Shown: positions 19,147-28,369 of the stretch, one piece after another
Numbering within the stretch: position 1 is the stretch's first letter
Layout of the letters: the number at the start of each line of letters is the position of its first letter
Virus record (IMG/VR): IMGVR_UViG_3300036985_002412
Location: 1 to 59,039 of that record
Length of the DNA: 59,039 nucleotides
Source of the DNA: a virus
Taxonomy: Duplodnaviria; Caudoviricetes
Strand: one strand, 5' to 3'
The notes under the pieces: model-generated
Told to the model about the DNA's origin: nothing
Seen by the model: the letters and a program-made list of their open reading frames with translations, nothing else
Databases searched by the model: none
Position numbers and translations under genes: made by a program

Positions 19147-19470
19147 ATGGCATCGACATTAAACTTTACGACAAAAAGAGGGGACACATTCAAACAGACA
19201 GACTTCCAAATAAACATTAACGATGTACCGTTGGATTTAACCGATGGACTTGTTAAAATCCAATTACGCAAAGAAGCTGGGGGGATTGTCGCATTCACTC
19301 CAGAGTTAACTATATTTGATCCAACAAATGGGGAGTTTTGTATTAACGAGCAAATTATCGATATACAAGCGTGCATTTATAAATATGATATTCAAATCAC
19401 TACAGCTAACGAAGAGGTTAACACTTGGGTAAGCGGTTTATTCACAATTACAGACGATATAACACGATAA
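19147..19470 (+). CDS. BppU-like baseplate/fibre adaptor
   Basis: KRGDTF...YKYDIQ...G.F.I..DIT; homolog at 37512. Confidence 0.6.
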   Translation: MASTLNFTTKRGDTFKQTDFQININDVPLDLTDGLVKIQLRKEAGGIVAFTPELTIFDPTNGEFCINEQIIDIQACIYKYDIQITTANEEVNTWVSGLFTITDDITR

Positions 19471-19471
19471 T

Positions 19472-21364
19472 ATGAGCGATAATGTAAATATTATAGTACA
19501 AGACACTATTAATGAAATCGTTGTTAATAGTGCCGTTATAGTTGAAACAATCGATATCAATGTACAGGTTGCAGTTGATGAGGTTACTATTATAGCAAAC
19601 CCAAACGAGTATATTATAAATGTAAATCGTATAATCGGGGAGCAAGTTCAAAGCGATTGGAACGAAACAGATGATCAAGCTCCAGACTATATAAAAAATA
19701 AACCGATTATACCTGCAGCGGTTACAAAAACTTCAGATTTAATTAACGATGGAGAGGATGGAATAAATCCTTTTATAACGTTAGAAGATATTCCCGTAAG
19801 CGGATTGACTTCTGTAGGTTTATCAATGCCCGTAGCATTTAATGTAGCAAATAGCCCTTTAACTTCAGATGGTACTATTGCGGTAAGTGCTGCTGGTACT
19901 TCATCACAATACATTCGAGGAGATGGTCAATTGGCAACTTTACCAAGTGGGGGCGGAGGTGGTTCATCTGTTAATTATTATTTGAATGGTTCGATTGCTG
20001 CGTCGGTAGCAACTTACAAACAATTAAGTAATACGGCGATAATTGGTGGTGGAACAGATTTTACATTAACAGGTAATGGTTTAATTACTCAGTTTTTAAC
20101 AGATGTAGGTAATCCAAATAGAATTGAAATACCCGGCGGGGCTTGGAATTTTGAAATGTGGTTTAGTATGTCTTCTAATGGCGGTACACCTAAATTCTAT
20201 GTTGAGTTATTAAAATATAACGGAACAACTTTTACAACTATTGCAAACAGCTCAGCAGTTCCCGAAACAATAAATGGTGGGACAGTTATAGATTTATATT
20301 TAACTTCATTAGAAGTACCTACAACAACTTTATTAAGTACAGATAGATTAGCTATTAGAGTTTATATAGTTAATAATAGTGGAGGCAGAACAGCTACTTT
20401 ACATACTGAAGATAATCATTTATGTGAAATACTAACTACATTTTCGGGAGGCGTAACTTCTTTAAATGGGTTAACTGCAAATACGCAATATTTAACGGTT
20501 GGAACTACAGGAACAGATTTTAATATTAGTAGTTTAGTTGAAACACATACTTTTAATTTACCAACCGCAAGTGCTACAAATCGAGGTGCATTAACTTCAA
20601 CTGATTGGACTGCATTTAATGGTAAATTTACTTTACCTTCATTAACTTCGGGTTCAGTTTTATTTTCAAATGGTACAACAATAGCACAAAAAAATAGTAA
20701 CTTCTTTTGGGATGATACTAATAATAGATTAAACATAGGCGGAATAACATCAAATACCGCAAGGCTTGGAATAAAAGCACCTGGAGCATTATCAACTGAT
20801 ATAGCTTTAAGGGTTCGTAATAGTGCTGATAGTGCGGATTTGATGACTGTTAATGGATTGGGAAATGTAGGGATAGGAATTGCTCCATCTTATAAATTAG
20901 ATGTAAATGGAACTGCAAGATTTGGAAATGGATTAATACTTGATACCGATTCAGGTTCAAGAATATTTTCAGGTAATAATATACAATATCAATCAAATAA
21001 TGCAACTTTACAGCATAGATTTACTAATTCAATTGGAACATCTTTAACAGGTACTTTATTACAAATTGACACAGGAGGAGCTTTATCTCCAAATTCGGTT
21101 AATCTTATAAAAGTTCAAAACCAAACAACTGATGTATTATATTTAAAAGCAAGTGGAAACTTACTTATAGGGACAGCAACAGATATTGCAAGTTCAAAAT
21201 TAACAGTTGAAAGCACAACACAGGGGTTTTTACCTCCAAGAATGACAACCACACAAAAAAACGCAATAGCAACACCAGCATCGGGATTAGTTGTTTACGA
21301 TACAACTTTAGGAAAACTATGTGTAAGAGGTGCCGCAGCGTGGGAAACAATAACATCAATATAA
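19472..21364 (+). CDS. tail fibre / receptor-binding protein
   Basis: QSDWN..YIKNKP, GNVGIG, KLDVNG and GFLPPRMTT fibre motifs. Confidence 0.8.
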   Translation: MSDNVNIIVQDTINEIVVNSAVIVETIDINVQVAVDEVTIIANPNEYIINVNRIIGEQVQSDWNETDDQAPDYIKNKPIIPAAVTKTSDLINDGEDGINPFITLEDIPVSGLTSVGLSMPVAFNVANSPLTSDGTIAVSAAGTSSQYIRGDGQLATLPSGGGGGSSVNYYLNGSIAASVATYKQLSNTAIIGGGTDFTLTGNGLITQFLTDVGNPNRIEIPGGAWNFEMWFSMSSNGGTPKFYVELLKYNGTTFTTIANSSAVPETINGGTVIDLYLTSLEVPTTTLLSTDRLAIRVYIVNNSGGRTATLHTEDNHLCEILTTFSGGVTSLNGLTANTQYLTVGTTGTDFNISSLVETHTFNLPTASATNRGALTSTDWTAFNGKFTLPSLTSGSVLFSNGTTIAQKNSNFFWDDTNNRLNIGGITSNTARLGIKAPGALSTDIALRVRNSADSADLMTVNGLGNVGIGIAPSYKLDVNGTARFGNGLILDTDSGSRIFSGNNIQYQSNNATLQHRFTNSIGTSLTGTLLQIDTGGALSPNSVNLIKVQNQTTDVLYLKASGNLLIGTATDIASSKLTVESTTQGFLPPRMTTTQKNAIATPASGLVVYDTTLGKLCVRGAAAWETITSI

Positions 21365-21375
21365 ATAAATAAATT

Positions 21376-21678
21376 ATGGGATTATTAGTTAGTGCTACGG
21401 CAGAAAAAAAGATTTTAATTCAAGGAACAGCAATTGAATTACCAAACGTTTATGTTCGGGTTGAATACGCAGGTCGTGCAAATGGTATAACTTTGGAAAT
21501 AGCATCTTCAATTTATGCAAGTCACGAAGCGTTTAAAGATGGAGCGGGTGCAATCTTTACAGATGTTCAACAAGGAGCGTTTTCTGTTGAATTAGTAGAA
21601 GGACAAGCACAGGATTTAACGAGTGCAGAATTGTACTCAAAATTAGCTTTCGAGCAAATGGGATATACAGTTGAGTAA
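21376..21678 (+). CDS. hypothetical protein (possible fibre-associated)
   Basis: 100-aa ORF after the fibre gene. Confidence 0.6.
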   Translation: MGLLVSATAEKKILIQGTAIELPNVYVRVEYAGRANGITLEIASSIYASHEAFKDGAGAIFTDVQQGAFSVELVEGQAQDLTSAELYSKLAFEQMGYTVE

Positions 21679-21853
21679 AGAGCAATTTGATATAATATTA
21701 AGTAAATGGATTTCACGCAAGCTACTTGTTTTTATGGTAGCTTGCGGGGGGTTATTTAGCGGTCAATTAACATCAAGTGATTGGGTTATAATTGCGACTG
21801 CTTATATAGGAATAGAAGGAATTACAAACATAGTAGAACGATTAAGAAAATAA
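21671..21853 (+). CDS. putative holin
   Basis: SRKLLV followed by two TM segments; before the endolysin. Confidence 0.65.
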   Translation: MSKEQFDIILSKWISRKLLVFMVACGGLFSGQLTSSDWVIIATAYIGIEGITNIVERLRK

Positions 21854-22092
21854 TGGATAATTTAGAGCAATTAAGCAAAGACATAAAAGAAATTAAACAA
21901 GCTTTGTTAGGAAGTGAATTTAACAACTTCAAAGGTATGGTTTCACAAATGAAAGAAACAGACGAGCGTGTTGAGAAATTAGAAATTTTCAAAAACGAGA
22001 TTTCTGTATATGTAAATCAGTTTAAAGTAGCTTTTGTGGTTATATTCGGAGCTTTAATTACTTTAATTTTCAAATTATTTTCGATAAGATGA
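21853..22092 (+). CDS. coiled-coil protein with C-terminal TM (holin/antiholin-like)
   Basis: Likely start ATG 21853; C-terminal hydrophobic helix. Confidence 0.55.
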   Translation: MDNLEQLSKDIKEIKQALLGSEFNNFKGMVSQMKETDERVEKLEIFKNEISVYVNQFKVAFVVIFGALITLIFKLFSIR

Positions 22093-22535
22093 AATTAAAT
22101 AATGCCGGTTATTTATTAATTACAGAATTTGAAGGTTTTAGCTCAAAACCTTATTTATGTTCCGCAAAAGTTCCTACCATTGGACATGGCTCAACATTTT
22201 ACGCTGATGGTTCAAAAGTTACGATGAACGACAAGCCCATTTCCAAATATTTAGCCTTTGAAATGTTTAAAACCATAGCCGATAAATTCACTATTGGAGT
22301 TTTAAAGTGTGTTAAAAAAGAAATAAATCAAAATATGTTAAATAGTTTAGTATCTTTGTCCTATAATATTGGAATTTCTAATTTTATGAACAGTACTTTA
22401 TTAAAAAAAGTAAATGCAAATCCAAACGACAAAACAATCTTTGCCGAATTTTGCAAATGGAATAAAGTAGGTAAAAAAGAAATTGCAGGATTGACAAAGA
22501 GGCGGAATAAAGAAGCCGTCAATTATTTTACTTAA
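22089..22535 (+). CDS. endolysin, GH24 phage lysozyme
   Basis: FEG...Y.C.A.VPTIGHG, SYNIG and GLTKRR motifs. Confidence 0.9.
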   Translation: MKLNNAGYLLITEFEGFSSKPYLCSAKVPTIGHGSTFYADGSKVTMNDKPISKYLAFEMFKTIADKFTIGVLKCVKKEINQNMLNSLVSLSYNIGISNFMNSTLLKKVNANPNDKTIFAEFCKWNKVGKKEIAGLTKRRNKEAVNYFT

Positions 22536-22551
22536 CTAAAAAAAATAAATT

Positions 22552-23679
22552 ATGAGCAAATTTGATTATTTAAACTTAGAAGCGATTAAACATTTTGGAA
22601 CTAATTTAAATAACTCAAAAATCGCAAGGATAATTCTGCCCGATGCAAATAAAAGCGATTTTAGTACATTACGAAAGCACATTTCTAAATTAAAAAATAA
22701 TAAAGGGATTTTAGATGCTTGCGATAATTTAGGAGTTGATCCGACAACCGCTCCAATGATGTGGTTAAAATCTAAAAATGAAAGTATAAGAGTCACAAAT
22801 CCTTTATTTGTAAAGCCAGAAGAAAAGGAATTTTCTGATTTAACAGAAACTCTAATTAATGATTTACAGCAATACGCTCCAAAATTCCCGAAATTAGAAC
22901 GAATTGAAAACAAAGATTCGTATTTATTAGTCATTGATCCAGCAGATATTCATATCGGAAAATTATGTAGTGCTTTTGAAAGCGGTGAGGCTTATAATAA
23001 TCAAATAGCGGTCCAGAGAGTACTCGAAGGAGTCAAAGGAATACTTCAAAAGGTATCGAGTTTTAATATTGATAAGATTTTATTCATTGGAGGTAACGAT
23101 ATTTTACATATTGACAACCCTTTGCGTACAACTACAAGTGGAACGCCTCAGGATACGGATGGAATGTGGCACACAAATTTTTTAATTGCGAAACAACTTT
23201 ATACAGACGTTTTGGAATTGCTTTTAGGGGTTGCCGACGTTCATTTTACATTCAATCCATCAAATCACGATTATACAAATGGGTTCTTTTTAGCTCAAGT
23301 AATTGAAACCTACTTTAAAGAGTGCAAAAATATTACATTCGATACAAGTATCGCACACCGCAAGGGTTTTAAATACTTTAATAACCTTATTGGAACTACT
23401 CACGGAGATGGAGCAAAACAAATGGACTTACCTTTGTTAATGGCAGTTGAATTTCCAATCGAATGGAGTCAAACTAAGCATCGTTATATCTATACGCACC
23501 ACGTACACCATAAAACGAGCAAAGATTATGCAGGAATAACGATTGAAAGCCTAAGAAGTCCAAGCGGAACAGACAGTTGGCATCACCGCAATGGCTACCA
23601 ACACGCTCCAAAAGCGGTAGAAGCTTTCCTACATTGCAAAATTAACGGACAAATCGCCAGAATAACACATATATTTTAA
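22552..23679 (+). CDS. calcineurin-like metallophosphoesterase
   Basis: DIHIG, GND..H.D, SNHD, THGD and HHVHH motifs. Confidence 0.8.
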   Translation: MSKFDYLNLEAIKHFGTNLNNSKIARIILPDANKSDFSTLRKHISKLKNNKGILDACDNLGVDPTTAPMMWLKSKNESIRVTNPLFVKPEEKEFSDLTETLINDLQQYAPKFPKLERIENKDSYLLVIDPADIHIGKLCSAFESGEAYNNQIAVQRVLEGVKGILQKVSSFNIDKILFIGGNDILHIDNPLRTTTSGTPQDTDGMWHTNFLIAKQLYTDVLELLLGVADVHFTFNPSNHDYTNGFFLAQVIETYFKECKNITFDTSIAHRKGFKYFNNLIGTTHGDGAKQMDLPLLMAVEFPIEWSQTKHRYIYTHHVHHKTSKDYAGITIESLRSPSGTDSWHHRNGYQHAPKAVEAFLHCKINGQIARITHIF

Positions 23680-23683
23680 AATT

Positions 23684-23878
23684 ATGATATACAATTTTAT
23701 TTGCAAACTCAAAGGAGTCGATTTAAAGTATAAAGTTGAGGCTGAAAACGTAACCGATGCAATGATTAAGGTACGAAATCACATTAAAAATGCGGTAGAA
23801 ATAACGGAAGTACAAAAAATTGAGAAGCCTAAATCTGATTTTATAGATTTTTTTAACAATACAATACAGAAAAAATGA
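23684..23878 (+). CDS. hypothetical protein
   Basis: 64-aa ORF. Confidence 0.6.
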   Translation: MIYNFICKLKGVDLKYKVEAENVTDAMIKVRNHIKNAVEITEVQKIEKPKSDFIDFFNNTIQKK

Positions 23879-24339
23879 GATATTTATTTATATTATTATT
23901 ATTGGTTAGTTGCGGATCACGTAAAGTTAACAAAAGCAATACCGAAACCAAAGAAAAAAGCGAGATTATAATAGTAGATTCACTTAAAAAAGAAATTAAA
24001 ACCGACTCAAGTACTGAAATACAAAGTAATGAATTTGAGATTGAGCCAATTGACAGTATTAAACCAATTATTATAATAGATGCTCAAGGTAAAAAGACCT
24101 CCTATCTAAATGCGAGGTTAAAATATAAGCAAGAAACAAAGCGAAATAAGACACTTAAAAATGAATTAGTACAAAGAAGTCGCAAAACAAATATTAAGGC
24201 AGAAAAACGCACTCAAATCGAGGTCAAACAAGTAGAACGCAAAGAAAGTATAATCACTTCCCTATGGTGGTTATGGATTTTGATTATTTTAATAATTACT
24301 TATTACGTTAGTAGAAAATTTATACCCTTTCGCATATAA
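23875..24339 (+). CDS. putative unimolecular spanin
   Basis: N-terminal lipobox LVSC plus C-terminal TM LWWLWILIILIITYYV, at the end of the lysis module. Confidence 0.65.
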   Translation: MRYLFILLLLVSCGSRKVNKSNTETKEKSEIIIVDSLKKEIKTDSSTEIQSNEFEIEPIDSIKPIIIIDAQGKKTSYLNARLKYKQETKRNKTLKNELVQRSRKTNIKAEKRTQIEVKQVERKESIITSLWWLWILIILIITYYVSRKFIPFRI

Positions 24340-24540
24340 AATAGCGTTTTAGTGGAAAATTATACCCAATTGCATATAATTAACATACTCAAATACCTAT
24401 AATTATACATAAATACCTATAATTAATGTATGTTATATAATACATTAATATATAATTTTGTATAAGATAACATACATTTTAATAAATGTTAAAGTTTTGT
24501 TAATATTTAATTAAGTAGTGTTTTATTAATAAAGTAGTTA

Positions 24541-24548
24541 TATATTTG
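24541..24548 (+). promoter_or_regulatory. Bacteroidota sigma70 -7 box (TATATTTG), start of early region
   Basis: Matches TAnnTTTG in a long AT-rich intergenic region. Confidence 0.6.
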
Positions 24549-24593
24549 CACTCAGATAACAACAACAAAGTTTTTATCTTAATACTAAAACAA

Positions 24594-24845
24594 ATGAAAA
24601 AATTTAATCTTACTTCTAATTATTCTGGTAAAATCATTAAAACTATTAATGCAATTTCAATGCAAGACGCACAAAATCAATTAGAACAAAAAGGATATGA
24701 TTGCCAAGATGATTACTTTTTACAGACAGTTGAAGATGCAACAAAAGATTGGGTTTCTTTAAGTAGATATGCAAAACTTGAAAATTTAATGAATGATGCA
24801 GAAGAAAATGATATAGATTATTTATTTATTAATTATAAAAATTAA
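24594..24845 (+). CDS. hypothetical protein
   Basis: Likely start ATG 24594. Confidence 0.65.
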   Translation: MKKFNLTSNYSGKIIKTINAISMQDAQNQLEQKGYDCQDDYFLQTVEDATKDWVSLSRYAKLENLMNDAEENDIDYLFINYKN

Positions 24846-24938
24846 TACTATGAAAACTTTTTTATCAAAACAAAAACACCAAATCACATTTATAGCAATC
24901 GTTGCTGTATATTTTTTAACTCAATTTTTACGATAATT

Positions 24939-25157
24939 ATGAAAAATTTATTAGAACGTTTAAAGCCAGAGTATTTAGAATTATTAAATGAGGAAGCAAA
25001 AACATATCCAGTAACTGTTGAACTTTTTAAAAGGAATTTAAACAAAACAGCAAATTGGTTACAACTTACTTACGACGATTTAATAACCATAAATAGATTA
25101 CTCAAAGTAAGAATAGATATAACAGAAATTAACAATTTATTTGAACCATATGAGTAA
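24939..25157 (+). CDS. hypothetical protein
   Basis: 72-aa ORF. Confidence 0.65.
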   Translation: MKNLLERLKPEYLELLNEEAKTYPVTVELFKRNLNKTANWLQLTYDDLITINRLLKVRIDITEINNLFEPYE

Positions 25158-25404
25158 CGAAAGAAACGCTGGAAGGAAAGCCAAGTATAAAGCCGGTACA
25201 ATTACAAAAAAGCTTCAAGATTTAATTCCAATTGAAGCAGAAACAGAAATTAAACAATCAATAAATCAAATAACACAAAAATGGAAAACAAAGCAAAATT
25301 AAAAGAATTAAAAAAATTCGATAAGTGGATGAGAAAAACTGTACAATCAATCCACTACTCAAATAACGAAAAAATGTGTAACGCTTATTTAAAAATTAAT
25401 TAAA

Positions 25405-25656
25405 ATGAAAAAAATATTAGGAATTTTAGCAATATCATTATTGATTAGTTGCTCAAAAGATGAGATAAAAAAAGAAGTAGTAAAAGATTGCAACTGCAAT
25501 AGAGTTGTTGAAGTTCTAACAATGAATATCGTAAATGGAAATGGTACCGTTGGAGTTACAAAACTATACAGATATACAACGATAAACGATTGTACAGGAT
25601 TACAAAGAGATAGTAGTTGGAGTACTCAAAGTGTTTCAAAAGGACAATGTAAATAA
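25405..25656 (+). CDS. small Cys-rich lipoprotein
   Basis: Signal peptide with LISC lipobox; CNC and further Cys residues. Confidence 0.7.
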   Translation: MKKILGILAISLLISCSKDEIKKEVVKDCNCNRVVEVLTMNIVNGNGTVGVTKLYRYTTINDCTGLQRDSSWSTQSVSKGQCK

Positions 25657-25663
25657 AAAAATT

Positions 25664-26107
25664 ATGGGAGCAAGTTCAAGTTTATTTTTAGAAAATTCAG
25701 AGGCAGTACTTACAATGTACGAGCCAACGTTCACGAAAAAAGATGCAATCTTAACAGGTAAGCGAATGGTTGATAATGTAATCGAAAGCGGAGAAGTTGA
25801 CAAACACCATTTTATGGCAAATATATGCCGATTAAAAGAGGTTATTAATTCAGCGGACTCGGAGATGCGTAAATATTTACCTTACGAAAAATTGAAATAC
25901 TACGGCGTTGAGTTCACTCCAACAAATGGAGGCAATACAATAGACTATTCAGAAGATCCGATTTACTGCCAACTCAAAGCGGATTTAGATGCGAGGGTTG
26001 AGCTTTTAAAGTTAGCACAAAAACAAACTATAATCGATGCTTACGGAAACGACGTTCCCAAAGTGGGAACTACACCGAGAAAAAACTCAATCGCATTAAA
26101 ATTTTAA
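25664..26107 (+). CDS. hypothetical protein
   Basis: Likely start ATG 25664. Confidence 0.7.
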   Translation: MGASSSLFLENSEAVLTMYEPTFTKKDAILTGKRMVDNVIESGEVDKHHFMANICRLKEVINSADSEMRKYLPYEKLKYYGVEFTPTNGGNTIDYSEDPIYCQLKADLDARVELLKLAQKQTIIDAYGNDVPKVGTTPRKNSIALKF

Positions 26108-26109
26108 AT

Positions 26110-26946
26110 ATGAAACAAGCAAAAATTTTTAATAATCATTTTCAAAATTTCAAAACATACGCAATTCCAAAAGCACAGCTTATTATTGCAGATATTCCTT
26201 ATAATTTAGGAAATAATGCATACGCTTCCAATCCAGCTTGGTATAAAGACGGAGACAATACTAATGGAGAAAGTGCTTTAGCTGGTAAATCATTTTTTGA
26301 TACTGACGAAGATTTTAGACCTGCAGAGTTTATGCACTTTTGTAGCACAATGCTAAAACCTGAAACAAAAAAAGTAAAAGTAGAAGGAGAAGCAAGGCAA
26401 AAAGGAGATGCACCATGTATGATTGTTTTTTGTGCTTTTGATCAGCAAATGGATTTAATACAATTAGCCAAAAGATACGGTTTAAATAATTATATTAATT
26501 TAGTTTTTCGTAAAAATTTCAGTGCTCAAGTTTTAAAGGCAAATATGAAAGTTGTTGGAAATTGTGAATATGGTTTAATTTTTTATCGTGAACGTTTACC
26601 AAAATTTAACAATAATAAAAAAATGATTTTTAATTGTATGGACTGGCCGAGAGATAATATAAGCGAAAAAATACACCCAACTCAAAAACCTGTAGAACTT
26701 TTAAAAACATTAATAAGAATTTTTACAGATGAGGGCGATGTGGTTATTGATCCATGTGCAGGAAGTGGAAGCACTTTAATAGCTGCTCAAGAATTAAAAA
26801 GGACAGCTTTTGGATTTGAAATTAAAAAACCATTTCATAAAGCTGCTGAAAAATGGATTGATGAAGAGTATCAAAAATTAAGTGATATTGAAGAATTTGG
26901 ATTTGCAAAAACTTTAATACAAAAAACCGAAACAACATTATTTTAA
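26110..26946 (+). CDS. N6/N4 DNA methyltransferase (beta class)
   Basis: DIPY, HPTQKP and DPCAGSGST motifs. Confidence 0.9.
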   Translation: MKQAKIFNNHFQNFKTYAIPKAQLIIADIPYNLGNNAYASNPAWYKDGDNTNGESALAGKSFFDTDEDFRPAEFMHFCSTMLKPETKKVKVEGEARQKGDAPCMIVFCAFDQQMDLIQLAKRYGLNNYINLVFRKNFSAQVLKANMKVVGNCEYGLIFYRERLPKFNNNKKMIFNCMDWPRDNISEKIHPTQKPVELLKTLIRIFTDEGDVVIDPCAGSGSTLIAAQELKRTAFGFEIKKPFHKAAEKWIDEEYQKLSDIEEFGFAKTLIQKTETTLF

Positions 26947-27055
26947 ATGACAGCGAAACAAAGTGCAAAGACCAGGATAAATCGAGTATTAAGATTTTAC
27001 GCAAAGAGAGGCGTAAACTCCGAGCGAGTTAATAACCTTTATAGAAAAATAATAA

Positions 27056-27289
27056 ATGATTTACTCAATAGATGAAATCGAGGAAATGACTTTCATTTCT
27101 CGTAATACAATAAGGAAACGAATTAAAGATTTAGGATTAGTTCCACAATATAAAGATACAAGTAAAACTCACTATTTTGATGAGGAGCAAATCGAACTAA
27201 TAAAAGAAAATCGATATATTGATTATCAAAAATTTACGCATACTATTGAAACTTTTTATATTTATGAGAGTAAATTAAATTTTAATTAG
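27056..27289 (+). CDS. HTH DNA-binding protein
   Basis: YSIDEIEEMTFISRNTIRKRI. Confidence 0.6.
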   Translation: MIYSIDEIEEMTFISRNTIRKRIKDLGLVPQYKDTSKTHYFDEEQIELIKENRYIDYQKFTHTIETFYIYESKLNFN

Positions 27290-27361
27290 TATATTTGTAA
27301 TTCATAATAACCGTTGGAAGGGTTTCCCAACTTAATCGAAATCCATAAATAAATAAAAATT

Positions 27362-28060
27362 ATGAGTACTTCAAACCGCAAGGCAGCTTTCCAACAGCCA
27401 CAATCGAATCCAGCTCAAAAATTCATCGACTGGAAATCAAATGACAAATGTTTTAGCCTTTACGACCGTGAAAATGCGACAAACGTTTTAATTCCTTTAC
27501 CTTTTAAATTTTTAGTCTTAGACGAATTGCACACCGTAAAAGGTTGGAACGATTCTTTAAAAGGTCAAATCGTTTCAAACGAGGTGAAATTTATATCTAA
27601 GGAGGTTTTGAAAGTAAAAACATTCCATAAAGATGCAAATGGTAAAAACATTAAAACGGATATGATTGAAGGGATTTATTCCGAAGTAAAAGAGAAAATT
27701 AAATCCTCTGGAGCTCACTATGTAAAATCCATTTATATAATGTTAGAAGACGGCTCAATCGCAAACCTACAATTAAAAGGAGCAGCGTGCCAAGCCTACG
27801 GAGATTTCACCGCAAAGACTCGCTCACGATTGAGTGACGAATGGGTTGAGGTGGCAAGTGCTACAGATGGGAAAAAAGGAGCGATTGAATATACTACTCC
27901 AGAGTTTAAATTCGCTAAAAGTATCTCAGATAGTGAAAGCGATTTGGCAGATGAGGCTTTTAATACATTGGAGGCTTATTTAAAGGCTTATTTAGTTAAA
28001 ACCGATATAGTAGAAGTTAATGATATTATCGTTGACGAGGAAGAGGATTTGGAGTTTTAG
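27362..28060 (+). CDS. putative ssDNA-binding protein
   Basis: Acidic DEEEDLEF tail; located before the primase. Confidence 0.5.
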   Translation: MSTSNRKAAFQQPQSNPAQKFIDWKSNDKCFSLYDRENATNVLIPLPFKFLVLDELHTVKGWNDSLKGQIVSNEVKFISKEVLKVKTFHKDANGKNIKTDMIEGIYSEVKEKIKSSGAHYVKSIYIMLEDGSIANLQLKGAACQAYGDFTAKTRSRLSDEWVEVASATDGKKGAIEYTTPEFKFAKSISDSESDLADEAFNTLEAYLKAYLVKTDIVEVNDIIVDEEEDLEF

Positions 28061-28083
28061 ATTTTGTTATTGATTTTGGTAGG

Positions 28084-28112
28084 AAAAAGGGGCTTTATAG
28101 CCTCTTTTTTTT
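28084..28112 (+). terminator. intrinsic terminator
   Basis: AAAAAGGGGCT-TTAT-AGCCTCTTTTTTTT. Confidence 0.7.
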
Positions 28113-28115
28113 GCA

Positions 28116-28222
28116 ATAGTACACATTTTAAGCGTTTTCCTATACCCCCGTCGTTTGAGTGTTTTTAATTTTATAGGGGGGGGGGGTTGTTTTCCCAAAA
28201 AAATGTGTACTATGTGTACTAT
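28116..28222. other. candidate replication origin (inverted repeats with C5/G11 tracts)
   Basis: ATAGTACACATTTT ... AAAATGTGTACTAT plus a tandem copy; upstream of the primase-helicase. Confidence 0.45.
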
Positions 28223-28266
28223 TTAAAAAAATATTAAAAAAAATTAGTTTATTAAAAATAAAGTAT

Positions 28267-28354
28267 TACCTTTGTTGAACTTCGACAATATAAGAAAACA
28301 TTATTAAAAAGGGATAATGAAACCAGTGTCGAAGTTGGTGGATTTATCCCTTTT
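28267..28354 (+). promoter_or_regulatory. TACCTTTG promoter with pseudoknot-like leader
   Basis: AACTTCGACA is complementary to TGTCGAAGTT in the loop of the AAAAGGGATAA/TTATCCCTTTT hairpin. Confidence 0.6.
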
Positions 28355-28369
28355 AACTTTTTAAAAAAT

